64,000 nucleotides of DNA. Source: an uncultured virus (IMG/VR IMGVR_UViG_3300042556_002263). Lineage: Duplodnaviria > Heunggongvirae > Uroviricota > Caudoviricetes. The position numbers and the translations under genes were made by a program. Shown one piece after another: positions 26,301-37,532 of the stretch. The DNA is taken from IMG/VR virus record IMGVR_UViG_3300042556_002263. One strand, given 5' to 3'. The notes beneath the pieces are model-generated. The model saw nothing but the letters and a program-made list of their open reading frames with translations. It searched no databases and was not told the origin of the DNA. Position 1 is the first letter of the stretch. Every line of letters starts with the position of its first letter.

Positions 26301-28169
26301 GTCGGCGGTCTTGGTGGAATGGTAATGGGCGCTCTAAATAGAGAAAAAGAAAAAGCCAAAAAAGCAAAAGCAGTAGCAGATAAGCAAATTTCTTCAATAA
26401 TAAATACAAGCATGAGTTTTTCTTTTAGAACCGCTGCAATGGAATCAAAAACTGGGAATGTTGACGAAAAAGGCAATCCACTTCCAAGCGCTACAAGAAG
26501 AATGTTTGATAACCCAATTAAGCAATTATCAAGACAAAACGCCTATGTAAATGACAAAACAACAGGAGAAGGTGCATACGACGCTAATGGCATATTAAAA
26601 GACACAGCCACTATTGTTAAAGAACTAACCGCAAAAGGCATGAGGTTTAGCGACCAAGATATTAAAGACATAGAAGCAAAACCGCAAGATTATGTTAACA
26701 AACTTGGCAGCAAGGGTGTTGAAAACATGAAAGCAATGACTGCTGTTCAGGATAAATACAACAACAGATTAGATGCTTTAAGAAAAATGACTGGTAAAAG
26801 CGACCAGCAATTAATTGAACTAGCGTCATCTATGGGTGTTAACCTTGGAGATGCAACTATGGACTTCAAGGACATGATTGACCAACTTGGTTTATCAATT
26901 GTCAAAACAAAAGAAGAGATGCAAGGTCTATCTATAAGCACAGTTGTTGATTCTTTGTCGGTTTTTGACCAAGCAATTTCTAAATGGGAAACACCGAAAA
27001 TTCTTGACGAAATGGCGAGAACATTTAGAGATAAGGCTGATGCTGGAAATCTAACAAAAATGGATAAAGCGCAATTCTTAAAAGATGTAGGCGAACAAAA
27101 CACTGCCCTCTTCGGAACAGGCGGTGTGGCGCAGGCTCAGTTTGAACAGTCATTCTTAAATGGTGACGCCTTTAAAAAAGGTGGACCGCTTCATGGAATG
27201 GACCCCAAAACGTTTACTGGCGACGCAGATATGATGGCGCTTCTTGAGCAGCAAAAAACAACAGCAAGAACAAAACTAGGACAAGACTACGCAGGACAAA
27301 TAAACGCAGTATTGCAAGACCGTGGATTTAATCAAACCATTGATGCATCAAAGTTCACTTCTCAATTCAAAAATCTTTCAACAGATGAAATGGCGCGAGT
27401 TAGCAAATTTGTTGAAGGCGGAATGGACATGAGCAATTATCGCGGTCCCAAGTCGGGTGCCGAAGCGATTGCTGCTGTTCTGGGAATCGACCCATCAAAA
27501 CTTGGAATTGCAGATACATCAGTAAATGCAGAAGAAACAGCAAAACTGGATACTGCCGCTCTCGGTATTGCCGATGCAACAACAAAATTAATCCAACAGA
27601 TGGATGCGTTCTTCCAAAGAGATAAAGAAAATACTCCTGAATGGTTTACAAAAGAAGCATTTGATGCAATTACAAGAGACACATCCACCCCTAGAGGTTC
27701 AAGAATCGGTGACACTACATCTAGCCGCCTTGGCGTAACAATGGGTCGCCACTCTGCAATGGACGGAATGCTTACAGGAAAACGTACGGTTACGTCAGCA
27801 TACAGAACATACGGACTTGGCTCAATTAACTCCGACCACGCGACCGGCAGAGCGTATGACCTTGTTGGGCAAAACCTTGGTCAATACCAAAGACTTGTTT
27901 CTGCTGGTGGGGGATTTGCCGAATTCCATGGAACTGGCGGTGGAAGACATCTTCATGTAGTCCCAGGGCCTGGTGCTTTTGGTGACACAAAGGTTCCAGT
28001 TGCTTCTTCAAATAGGCCAGCACCGATGGTTCCAGGTGGACGCTCTGGCGGGGACACTAACTACACATTCCATATTCAAAGCAGCGAAAATGCTTCTCCG
28101 AAGCAAATAGCCGACGCAGTTATGATGAGAATCAGAGAAACAGAGCGCTCGAATAGAGAAAGAAAGTAA
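23355..28169 (+). CDS. Tape measure protein with central low-complexity modules and a C-terminal M15-like Zn-peptidase domain
   Basis: 1604 aa, Ala/Gly-rich helical, after the chaperone genes; C-terminal TSAYR...SDHATGRAYD...HLHV. Confidence 0.92.
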   Translation: MAEAKTEITIDVDYKGRTEVRRAIQDMKRLDRQVARTNAGFASSSLAFGARSAAQKSTEKFYARLTKQVTEFDKAVSMLGKVGLKGLSLALKGSALSMAAMGAAMLGVHAAFVLGNAAMKVMKATLGPLAAGMAGLVAAASAAAAAVREQQAAMYAYKNNNKGEFGSGLNQARQVMRALHTDTYLAAVGVENLNKAFATVSKNSTFTMKSQNMLKGLMDFASAGQPIEEGIQKAADLIAILQDSKKGFAEAKSSAQQLFPGKKEMDKALKDLKITTKKGLEKAINDGTLAKSANVQGQFDAVSGTLINRLKGYFNIIKQQFADLGQPLLEPIKIAANDIFKILRRGFVKLAPATNKFGMGSMLDGLVKMVEKLTDWSVKFVYKNLKSVDGMFGRMGRWWDRFQDGWDNVTDKLRPLIDGARVIESFFGEVWKHVKNIFSTKFDQFNGFLVSNKEEVKEFGDSVGKLLADIFELIGEFNKLTQRMLPFINDLVKGLSGIVNALTSIVGLMNGIGGGPGGALAMLFGMRGMFQGAQVMGARGGYKQTIIGGVASRKSGRRPSGPTTPRTPGTRPTGPTGVTGGPTGGLGTTHADPPGTIPPVGPTPPTPPIGTTPDTGGPGTFASARVPLQRPEYEVFKRAPKGGIEIGGKFYKGGQMLPTSQITASERSYYGIEDVARPGRMAPMSDVSTDVGMVSMRTGTVVPGSTTPAAAAASSSAMLASASSGVRLNKAGKPIAPVGGIEYNGKFYKQGQQLPAGFASASGGGGGGGGGGGAPAAAPRTGRQWINRAQQQVPKPFEKVFGKNPTHMYLPGKAGTWDNLKAVSDMTEEEFRMAKKYRATWGEKAYKGGVIPQPGQDGKRTLRGAYNQRSVANRTKMDSYRGRQLRGAMGSTTAKMGGSIALGMASQYMPEEAQGAMALGSMVSQINPLAGLGVAGLGTAMSARTAKGGALSGAVGGAATGAMIGSILPGVGTAVGAVVGTVVGGLGGMVMGALNREKEKAKKAKAVADKQISSIINTSMSFSFRTAAMESKTGNVDEKGNPLPSATRRMFDNPIKQLSRQNAYVNDKTTGEGAYDANGILKDTATIVKELTAKGMRFSDQDIKDIEAKPQDYVNKLGSKGVENMKAMTAVQDKYNNRLDALRKMTGKSDQQLIELASSMGVNLGDATMDFKDMIDQLGLSIVKTKEEMQGLSISTVVDSLSVFDQAISKWETPKILDEMARTFRDKADAGNLTKMDKAQFLKDVGEQNTALFGTGGVAQAQFEQSFLNGDAFKKGGPLHGMDPKTFTGDADMMALLEQQKTTARTKLGQDYAGQINAVLQDRGFNQTIDASKFTSQFKNLSTDEMARVSKFVEGGMDMSNYRGPKSGAEAIAAVLGIDPSKLGIADTSVNAEETAKLDTAALGIADATTKLIQQMDAFFQRDKENTPEWFTKEAFDAITRDTSTPRGSRIGDTTSSRLGVTMGRHSAMDGMLTGKRTVTSAYRTYGLGSINSDHATGRAYDLVGQNLGQYQRLVSAGGGFAEFHGTGGGRHLHVVPGPGAFGDTKVPVASSNRPAPMVPGGRSGGDTNYTFHIQSSENASPKQIADAVMMRIRETERSNRERK

Positions 28170-28172
28170 GAA

Positions 28173-29768
<1,596 letters not shown>

Positions 29769-29770
29769 CC

Positions 29771-31465
29771 ATGTTTACATCACAGTCTTTACAAATAGGG
29801 GATTTGACTACTAAGCAAATGGCTTTAGTGTCCGAAAATTTATTGAATATAAACGTGAGTTACACGATGGACATGGCCAATCAGTTGTCGTTTCAGATTG
29901 TTGACCCCGGACTAGAGATGGCTTCTAATCAGTACTTTATTGTTGGTCGTGATGTCGTATATGAAACAACCTCCATAAGACCAATAGAACTAATAACTAT
30001 TGAACAAGAAACTTTTCCAGCAATATCAAGAGTTAGGCACATATATGAGATAAGCCGAGTAAGCGTCGCCCAAGAAGGTGCTGGCGCTTCCCCTGTCTAC
30101 TCAATAGAAGCAATGCCCAAAGCGGTTCAACAAATGAAAAGAGACAAGAAGTCCGGAAATATCGGTGGTTCGGGTTACGAGTTTGTAAAAAGAGCAGCAA
30201 AAAAATATGGACTTAAATTTGTTGGAGAAAAAAGCACGAGAGTAAAAGCAGGTTCCAAGAACTCCGGAACAGGGCAACAGGATTCCGTGTGGGACAGAGT
30301 AACAAGCATTGCACAAGAATCACAGTATGTTGTTTTTGTTTCCGATGGGACACTTTATTTTGGAAGTCAAAAATGGTTTATGTTCAGGTGGGGAACATCA
30401 AAACAGCCGGGAAAACAAAAACTAGATAAAAACAAAAAACCAATTCTTGATAAAAAAGGCATACCAGTTAGGCATCCTTCTAGATTTTTTGTTCCGCTTG
30501 AATATCCAGGCACAAGTGATTCAAGAAAAAGATTTGAAGTTTTAAGCATGCCTCAAATCTCAAAAGGAGAAAACGACCCCATGGAAGCAGAGGGGTCTGC
30601 AATTGTTGCCAGAGATAATGGTGTTGCCCTTAGACCAGGAATGACTGTTCGTGTAAACAATATTCCGTTTATGGAAAAATACTACTTAATAACAAGTGTT
30701 ACTTTTCAAGAACAGACTACAGAGCCTGTTTCAATACAGTTCAGAACACCAGAGAGACTAGAAGTCAACGGAAAACCGGCAAAAATAACTCCACTTCCAG
30801 TGGGTAAAAGATTTTCGAGTGACTACTACAGAACAAGACCAAATATTCTTAGCACTGCAACTCTAGGATTACCCGTTTTTAACGATACATCACCCAAAAG
30901 AGTCCCCATAGGCACAACTCCTTCACCGATAGGAGAAGAAGCAAAAGCGCGTATTCCAAATAGAAGAAGACAAACTTTTCACCCAATAGAGGCTGCCGAA
31001 ATAAAACAAATTGTTCCCAACCCTCCACTTCCTGCTATTGGCCAAATAACTTCTAGCAACTTTGTTGAGGCTGGAAATATAGATATGTGGAATAGGCCGC
31101 TCTTTGATAATAGTGTTAAAGGGATAACGGATAATAAATGCAGAACTCTGTCTATGTTTATTCATACAACAACTGTTAATATTTCTGGTGAACTAATAGA
31201 CGTATACGCAATATTAGAAAAATTATTCTGTGTTGACGGCTCAATAATAGAACTCAGCGATGAAGACGCTATAGATTTTTATGAAGAAGAAAACAAACAT
31301 CATGGCCTAATTTTTCAAACTGCCGGTATTGCAAAAGCGGAAGCGTATATGTATGTATTAATTCAGGCACAGTTTTTGACGGTTCAAAAAAGATTTCCTA
31401 AAAATGGGTTAGAAATTTGGCTTAGTGGCGCTGGTCTTCCAGAAAGCAATAGGTGCTTCGCATGA
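29771..31465 (+). CDS. Baseplate hub protein (gpD / Mu gp44-like) with C-terminal extension
   Basis: ANQLSFQIVDP, DSVWDRVTSIAQESQYVVFVSDGTLYFG, LRPGMTVRVNNIP...YLITSVTF. Confidence 0.8.
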   Translation: MFTSQSLQIGDLTTKQMALVSENLLNINVSYTMDMANQLSFQIVDPGLEMASNQYFIVGRDVVYETTSIRPIELITIEQETFPAISRVRHIYEISRVSVAQEGAGASPVYSIEAMPKAVQQMKRDKKSGNIGGSGYEFVKRAAKKYGLKFVGEKSTRVKAGSKNSGTGQQDSVWDRVTSIAQESQYVVFVSDGTLYFGSQKWFMFRWGTSKQPGKQKLDKNKKPILDKKGIPVRHPSRFFVPLEYPGTSDSRKRFEVLSMPQISKGENDPMEAEGSAIVARDNGVALRPGMTVRVNNIPFMEKYYLITSVTFQEQTTEPVSIQFRTPERLEVNGKPAKITPLPVGKRFSSDYYRTRPNILSTATLGLPVFNDTSPKRVPIGTTPSPIGEEAKARIPNRRRQTFHPIEAAEIKQIVPNPPLPAIGQITSSNFVEAGNIDMWNRPLFDNSVKGITDNKCRTLSMFIHTTTVNISGELIDVYAILEKLFCVDGSIIELSDEDAIDFYEEENKHHGLIFQTAGIAKAEAYMYVLIQAQFLTVQKRFPKNGLEIWLSGAGLPESNRCFA

Positions 31466-31812
31466 ATGTTGGAGTTAATAGGTTTAAAGCGTCTTCCCAC
31501 CCCACGAGGGCGGACGGCCTATATCTAGGTGTTGTTAAACGGGTTATCCCTGGAAATAAAGTTTATGTTTATGTTCCAAAACTGTCCAACACAATAGGAC
31601 CGATGCGTGTCTTAAACATGATTGAGGGTTCAACAATAAATGAAAACAGCAGGGTTATATGCGGCCATGTCGGTGGAGGAACCGAAGAAATGTATGTAAT
31701 TGGACACCTGACCCCAGTAACTCTTCAATACCTAACACCTGGCGCTGCTACAACCCAGATAGACCAATCATCAAGAGATATAAAAATTTCCATATTTATG
31801 AATGTGGACTGA
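31462..31812 (+). CDS. Baseplate spike-like protein (OB-fold, gpV-like, short)
   Basis: GLYLGVVKRV...VYVYVPKL...RVICGHVGG...YVIG; position after the hub. Confidence 0.65.
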   Translation: MNVGVNRFKASSHPTRADGLYLGVVKRVIPGNKVYVYVPKLSNTIGPMRVLNMIEGSTINENSRVICGHVGGGTEEMYVIGHLTPVTLQYLTPGAATTQIDQSSRDIKISIFMNVD

Positions 31813-31833
31813 GCACTGTGAGATAATCAGATA

Positions 31834-32130
31834 ATGGACTGTCTTTCGTTTCCAATTAAATTTACTGCTGGAAGAATCAAGACTCTTCCACGCGGCAGTT
31901 ACGAATATTACAGACAAATATTGACTTTATCCATATTGACAGAAAACGGCGAGCACCCCATCACTCCAGATTTTGGAATTCTCGACCCTACATTCATATC
32001 GATAGAGCCAGTAGACTTTATTCTCAACGCAGCAAGATTTTTACCAGAAATAGAAATCACAAACATGAATCCGTCGTTGAGGGAAGACGGTTCATTGAGT
32101 GTTGAGTTCGACTTTAGGTTGAGGAACTAA
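31834..32130 (+). CDS. Baseplate wedge protein (gpW/gp25-like)
   Basis: LSFPIKF...ILTENGEHPITPDFGILDP; preceded by TGTGaGATAAT 6 nt before ATG (leaderless-type promoter). Confidence 0.8.
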   Translation: MDCLSFPIKFTAGRIKTLPRGSYEYYRQILTLSILTENGEHPITPDFGILDPTFISIEPVDFILNAARFLPEIEITNMNPSLREDGSLSVEFDFRLRN

Positions 32131-32131
32131 A

Positions 32132-33337
32132 ATGCCAATTGATTTTTCACAATACATATCGCTAAGACCTTTTGATGCGTCCCCAACTGCGATATATCTT
32201 GACGCAATAGATTATGCTCGTGTTGCTCTTCCTGAGTTTCAGCCGAGACAAGGAACTCCCGAAGATGCAATACTGCAGGCTGTTTCCTACATAAGCAGTT
32301 TGAATATTTCCGCCATAAACAGGCTCCCAGACAGATTGATAGCCGGAATCCTTGGAATGATGGGCGTTGATTTGGATGAGGGCTCAAAAACAATAATTGA
32401 CATAAAGTTTACGGCAACTACAACAGATGGAACAACGATACCCCAGGGTACGGTTGTCAGGTATGACTATGAGTTTCTGGGCGACAGAAATTCCATATAT
32501 TTTGAAACATCTGAAGAACTCATAATAGCGCCGGTAGACGAAGAGGACCCATTGCCATTCGGAGTTGTCGAGGCGGCTTCACTGGAAGTTGGACAGACAA
32601 TACCATTAGAGGTTGGGTATGTTTTTGAAATAGAGACGCCAACAACCGATATTCTCCAGGCTGAACTTGATTCGCTTGTTGAAAGCGGCATGAATGTTGA
32701 GACTGAAGCGGAATATCTTACAAGAGCAGTTAACTTTCTTGGTTCTCTTTCTTCGTCTTTTGCCAAAGCGGAACAAGTTGATTCTTTTATTGCTTCCAGT
32801 TATCTTTCCACCATTTCCAGGTCTAAAACATACGACCTTACTGACCCTGAAGGCGCTTTAGAAATAGGTGACCCAGATGAAGTTGGATTTGTAACAATTT
32901 TTGTTTACGGTATAAATGGGCTTGCTACATCAGAGCAAAAAACAGACCTTTTGGCCGATGTTCAAAATAGAAGCGTTGCTGGTCTAGAAATAGGAATACA
33001 AGATGTTCGTCTTATTGAAATTGAAATAGAAGCGAATGTTGCCCATAGTCCAGAATACGAATCATCAGTTATATCGCAGAATGTTAAGTCTGCTATTGCA
33101 TCGTACTTTTCGCCTCTGAACTACAGGTTTTCTGATGGAATTAAACTTTCAGAATTTTATGGAATTATGTCGTCTGTAGCCGGAGTCTTGTATATAACAG
33201 GTCTTGATGTTAGCGTAACAACACCAGCAGAAGCAACAGTTGATGTTGATGGAAACATTGTTTATGTATTCAAGGGCTCTCTTCCGTCAATAGCCACCGG
33301 GGACATAACCCTAACAACAGAGTCGGTGTCTTTGTAA
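32132..33337 (+). CDS. Baseplate J-like protein
   Basis: LPEFQPRQGTPEDAIL, GTTIPQGTVV, GMNVETEAEYLTR, GFVTIFV, VAGVLYI. Confidence 0.88.
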   Translation: MPIDFSQYISLRPFDASPTAIYLDAIDYARVALPEFQPRQGTPEDAILQAVSYISSLNISAINRLPDRLIAGILGMMGVDLDEGSKTIIDIKFTATTTDGTTIPQGTVVRYDYEFLGDRNSIYFETSEELIIAPVDEEDPLPFGVVEAASLEVGQTIPLEVGYVFEIETPTTDILQAELDSLVESGMNVETEAEYLTRAVNFLGSLSSSFAKAEQVDSFIASSYLSTISRSKTYDLTDPEGALEIGDPDEVGFVTIFVYGINGLATSEQKTDLLADVQNRSVAGLEIGIQDVRLIEIEIEANVAHSPEYESSVISQNVKSAIASYFSPLNYRFSDGIKLSEFYGIMSSVAGVLYITGLDVSVTTPAEATVDVDGNIVYVFKGSLPSIATGDITLTTESVSL

Positions 33338-34902
33338 TGAAAACAATACAAAGATTAAACACATACCAATCTCTCGCTGCGTATGACCATGAAACACAGA
33401 CTGAAGTTAACAACGATGCAATAACTTCCAACACAGGTTGGTATGTGCTCAGTGGCCCTGGAACAATGATTTTTAGTGGAGATAATTACTTTGCTAGAGA
33501 TTTTTACAATATGAAAATTATTGCCACTGGTTCTGGACCGATAAGCGTAAGGCTTGATTTTGATGAATCTAATTCACCATTTAACGCCAATGATATTGGT
33601 CAAAATTTTGTTTTTACATGCGTTCTGCAGTGCACACATGGTTCTCCGGAAGTGACTGCACAACTATGCAATCTAAACGGAGTCTTACCCAGTGGCAACA
33701 CAAGAAGCATTATTGGTGGATATTGGGATGCTGTTAGGTCTAACACGATGACACTAAGCAGTCTTGATTACGAAGAAGACGCATACGGAATAACTATCAC
33801 CATCGCGAACCATAGCCCTAATTCACCGCAACTTTCCACAATATATATTTCTACACCAAATTTGGTTAACGATTCTGCGTGGGCAAACAATCCTGTAATC
33901 CAGAATATGCGCTCTTATATTCCAGGTCTGTATGAATCATATGACAGCCAAGAAACAGACCCAACTTGGCCGTTCTTTAGATTTGTCGATATTCTAACAG
34001 ATGCAATCGCAGACACCATGTTTTTGTATGCAGAATGGTTTCAGCATGAAAAATCAGAACTTCCAGCAAATTTTAATGAATCTGATATTTCCACAAGAAG
34101 CAGATTAACAAACTATTTGCATGTTAGAGACGAGTATTCACCTTGGCTTTCTCAGTTTTCTGGAAATAGACTAATAAAACAACTATATACATCTTCTGGT
34201 AATTCAATAATTTCCAATACTGATTCATTCAAAACATGGCAATTGTCGCCTGCTGGATACGGGAGAGCATGCGGTACACAGTTGTCAATAAAAACTGCTG
34301 CGCAATTTGTCTTAACCGGCGGCAAAGAAGTTGTAATTAGTCAAAGATACAACGACGGTTCCGGAGAAGACCCGTGGAAAATAAGAATCACAACTCTTGG
34401 TTCTGAAACTCCAGATGTTGATTATCGCGGTTCAGTAAAAGCCGCTACAACAGGTCCAATAACAATAGCAACTGCTTTAAATGCAGGCGACATAATCGAC
34501 GGAGTAACGCTAGTCAACGGCAATAAAGTTCTTGTAAAAAATCAAACAACAGCATCGCAAAATGGTGTTTACACCGTTTCTGCAACTCCATCAAGGTCTA
34601 CCGATTTTGATACTGGATGGAATGGAACCACTGGAGAAATAAAACATGGTGCCGTTTGGTATGTGGAGCAGGGAATCACAAACGGTGACAAATCATTTAC
34701 AACATCTATTGCAGGTGGCGGAAATGTTACGGTTGATACAACAGCAATAAACTTTGTTGATTTTGCTGGTTCAGAAATGATACTGGCAGTTGTCGAGGAA
34801 GCAAGACCAATGGGTTACAAGATTTACCATACTGTTGTAGAAGAGTTCAACTTAACTCTTGGCGATTCAACATTTGGTGTTCTTGGAACAGCAACTCTAT
34901 AA
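33337..34902 (+). CDS. Baseplate wedge / tail protein (gpI-like) with an inserted fibre-type domain
   Basis: Follows baseplate J; IPGLY..YD, WLSQFSG, EARPMG; contains SVKAATTGPI...VLVKNQTTASQNGVY domain also found in 35622..37289. Confidence 0.65.
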   Translation: MKTIQRLNTYQSLAAYDHETQTEVNNDAITSNTGWYVLSGPGTMIFSGDNYFARDFYNMKIIATGSGPISVRLDFDESNSPFNANDIGQNFVFTCVLQCTHGSPEVTAQLCNLNGVLPSGNTRSIIGGYWDAVRSNTMTLSSLDYEEDAYGITITIANHSPNSPQLSTIYISTPNLVNDSAWANNPVIQNMRSYIPGLYESYDSQETDPTWPFFRFVDILTDAIADTMFLYAEWFQHEKSELPANFNESDISTRSRLTNYLHVRDEYSPWLSQFSGNRLIKQLYTSSGNSIISNTDSFKTWQLSPAGYGRACGTQLSIKTAAQFVLTGGKEVVISQRYNDGSGEDPWKIRITTLGSETPDVDYRGSVKAATTGPITIATALNAGDIIDGVTLVNGNKVLVKNQTTASQNGVYTVSATPSRSTDFDTGWNGTTGEIKHGAVWYVEQGITNGDKSFTTSIAGGGNVTVDTTAINFVDFAGSEMILAVVEEARPMGYKIYHTVVEEFNLTLGDSTFGVLGTATL

Positions 34903-34935
34903 GGCACAATATATAAAAGGCTTTTGGAAGGTTTT

Positions 34936-35301
34936 ATGATTGCAGGAAATTACAACATATTGTGCGAACAGGGGGTGACATTCACTCGTGTTATAGCAAT
35001 TGAGCAGCCGACAGAGGCTGACCCTGAAGTCTATGAACCATATCCTCTTGCTGACCATACGGCCAGAATGCAGGTCAGAAGAACAATTGAGTCAACAACT
35101 GTTTTGATTAGTCTCACAACAGAAAATGGAAGAATATCTATTGACGAAGCAAATGGGGCAATAACACTTGTGATTAGCGCTGCTGATACTGCCGCGCTTT
35201 CATCTAGCGGCGTATATGACTTAGAAATTATTGACGACTCTGGAAATGTGTCAAGAGTTATACAGGGAACATTTACTCTCTCGCCCGAGGTGACACGATG
35301 A
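34936..35301 (+). CDS. Virion structural protein (BppU-like Ig fold)
   Basis: YNILCEQGVTF...TARMQVR...GVYDLEI...RVIQGTFTLSPEVTR. Confidence 0.65.
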   Translation: MIAGNYNILCEQGVTFTRVIAIEQPTEADPEVYEPYPLADHTARMQVRRTIESTTVLISLTTENGRISIDEANGAITLVISAADTAALSSSGVYDLEIIDDSGNVSRVIQGTFTLSPEVTR

Positions 35302-35612
35302 GTAATACAGTTCCCAACAATGTAAACGTTTATCAAGATACTCCCAACAGGGTAACGGTAGACCAAGATTCCCCAAATTTGGTGGTTGTTCGCTCAACAT
35401 CGCCAAGCACAGCAAATACAAGAAGGTTTGTGCACACCCAGTCTTCTGCGTCTACCGAGTGGGTGATAACCCATACTCTTGGTGGGAGACCATCAATAAC
35501 TATCGTTGATTCTGCGGGAACGGTAGTAATTGGTGAGGTACAATACGATAGTGATACGCAGATAACGGTTTCGTTTACTGCGGCTTTCTCCGGATATGCA
35601 TACTTGACGTAG
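35298..35612 (+). CDS. Small virion structural protein
   Basis: FVHTQSSASTEWVITHTLGGRPSITIVD...F...FSGYAYL. Confidence 0.65.
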   Translation: MSNTVPNNVNVYQDTPNRVTVDQDSPNLVVVRSTSPSTANTRRFVHTQSSASTEWVITHTLGGRPSITIVDSAGTVVIGEVQYDSDTQITVSFTAAFSGYAYLT

Positions 35613-35621
35613 GAGTTGTTA

Positions 35622-37289
35622 ATGGCGACAAAATTTGTAACAAATTTAGACCTCAATCAGAATCAAATTCTTAATGCCACATTTGAGGTTCTGTCGGCTG
35701 ACCCAAGCAGTAATAACTTTGAGGGTCGCCTCATCTACAACTCCACAGAAGACACCATTAAGGTTTATACAGGTTCCGCATGGCGGAAAATGCTTCATGG
35801 CGTTCAGGCTTCTGGTTCTTACACCGATGCACTGACTGTTTCTGAGTCAAATGGAACAGTTTCGCTTACCCTAAATCTTGCTGACACCGACAGTGCCGGT
35901 CTTCTGTCAAGCACATTCTGGAACGCACTCAATGATGCTACCTCAGACGCTACCGCATCAAAAATCGCAAAAAGAGACGCCAATGGAAACCTAAAGGTTG
36001 CTGACCCGACGGATGCGGCACACGCTGCAACAAAAGGCTATGTTGATGCTGCTCGCTCTGGTCTTGATGTCAAGCAGTCGGTACGGGCCGCTACAACAGG
36101 TCCTATCAACCTTGCTTCAGACCTCGAAGACGGCGACACACTTGATACTTCAGTAACTCTGGCCACCGGCGACAGAGTTCTTGTCAAGAACCAGAGCACT
36201 GCTTCTGAAAACGGTATCTATGTTGTTCAAGCCTCTGGTGCAGCAGTTCGTGCTACGGACTTTGATGGAACTGGAGAAGTTTCTGGTGGCGCGTTTACTT
36301 TCGTTGAAGAAGGAACTGTAAATGCTGACTCTGGCTGGGTTGTTACATCAAATGGTGCCCTTACTGTTGGAACAAGCGCTATTAACTGGGCGCAGTTCTC
36401 TGGTGCTGGTCAAATAACTGCCGGTGCTGGTCTTACAAAAACCGGAAACACAATTGATGTTGGCGGAACTACTGACAGAATTACTGTAAATGCAGACTCA
36501 ATTGACATTGCTTCTACATATGTAGGACAAAACACAATCACCACCCTTGGAACAATTACCACAGGTACATGGAATGGCACAGACGTTGCTGTAACCGATG
36601 GTGGTACTGGTGCTTCCGATGCTGCTACTGCAAGAACAAATCTTGGTCTTGCGATTGGAACGGATGTTCAGGCATACGATGCTGAACTTGCTGCACTTGC
36701 TGGTTTATCATCTGCTGCCAACAAACTTCCATACTTTACTGGCTCTGGAACAGCAGCACTCACAGACCTCACTTCGCAGGCAAGAGGACTTCTTGACGAC
36801 ACATCATACTCCGACATGCGCACGACCCTTGGTCTCGCAATCGGAACTGATGTTCAGGCTTATAACTCAACATTGGCTGCTGTTGCTGGTGGTACATATA
36901 CAGGTGACGACAGCATAACCACTGTCGGAACAATCACATCAGGTACATGGAATGGCACGGATATCGCAGTTGCTGACGGCGGTACTGCGGCATCAACCGC
37001 TTCGGGAGCAAGAACCAACCTTGCCGAAACATCTTCATCTGGCTTAACAACAAGCACCCCGGTTCTTGCAAGAATTGCCGCTCAAAACTGTGCTGCTTCT
37101 TCTACTGGTGTTTCAACAACAGCAGTTGTTCATAACTTTGGAACAACAGACATCATTGTCCAGGTATATGAAGTTTCGACAGGCTTGACCGTAATAGCGG
37201 ATATCGACCGCGACAATACAAATCAAGTAACAGTTGTAATCAACGGCACAATTTCGCTTGGTGACTACAGAATAGTTGTAACTGGATAA
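35622..37289 (+). CDS. Tail fibre protein
   Basis: Thr/Ala/Gly-rich; HAATKGYVD; duplicated GTITxGTWNGTDxAVxDGGT and [12 protein letters not shown] repeats. Confidence 0.8.
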   Translation: MATKFVTNLDLNQNQILNATFEVLSADPSSNNFEGRLIYNSTEDTIKVYTGSAWRKMLHGVQASGSYTDALTVSESNGTVSLTLNLADTDSAGLLSSTFWNALNDATSDATASKIAKRDANGNLKVADPTDAAHAATKGYVDAARSGLDVKQSVRAATTGPINLASDLEDGDTLDTSVTLATGDRVLVKNQSTASENGIYVVQASGAAVRATDFDGTGEVSGGAFTFVEEGTVNADSGWVVTSNGALTVGTSAINWAQFSGAGQITAGAGLTKTGNTIDVGGTTDRITVNADSIDIASTYVGQNTITTLGTITTGTWNGTDVAVTDGGTGASDAATARTNLGLAIGTDVQAYDAELAALAGLSSAANKLPYFTGSGTAALTDLTSQARGLLDDTSYSDMRTTLGLAIGTDVQAYNSTLAAVAGGTYTGDDSITTVGTITSGTWNGTDIAVADGGTAASTASGARTNLAETSSSGLTTSTPVLARIAAQNCAASSTGVSTTAVVHNFGTTDIIVQVYEVSTGLTVIADIDRDNTNQVTVVINGTISLGDYRIVVTG

Positions 37290-37300
37290 TTGGAGAAAAT

Positions 37301-37489
37301 ATGAAACTATCAGCAGAACAAAAAGCAATGTTGGCATCATACGCAAGAAGCGTAATTGGTGCGGCTATCGCGACATATACGGCTACCGGCGACCCAAAGG
37401 CTGCGCTCAATTCGCTATGGGCTGCTGTGATTCCTGTAGCAATGCGCTACTTTAATCCTGCTGATGGGGCGTTTGGCAAGAAAGCCTAA
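37301..37489 (+). CDS. Small membrane protein, holin-like
   Basis: 62 aa, two hydrophobic segments, RYFNPADGAFG C-terminus, RBS GGAG. Confidence 0.55.
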   Translation: MKLSAEQKAMLASYARSVIGAAIATYTATGDPKAALNSLWAAVIPVAMRYFNPADGAFGKKA

Positions 37490-37532
37490 TTAATAGCCTC
37501 GAGGGGCTAAAAAACAGAAAGCGATTGAGGTC

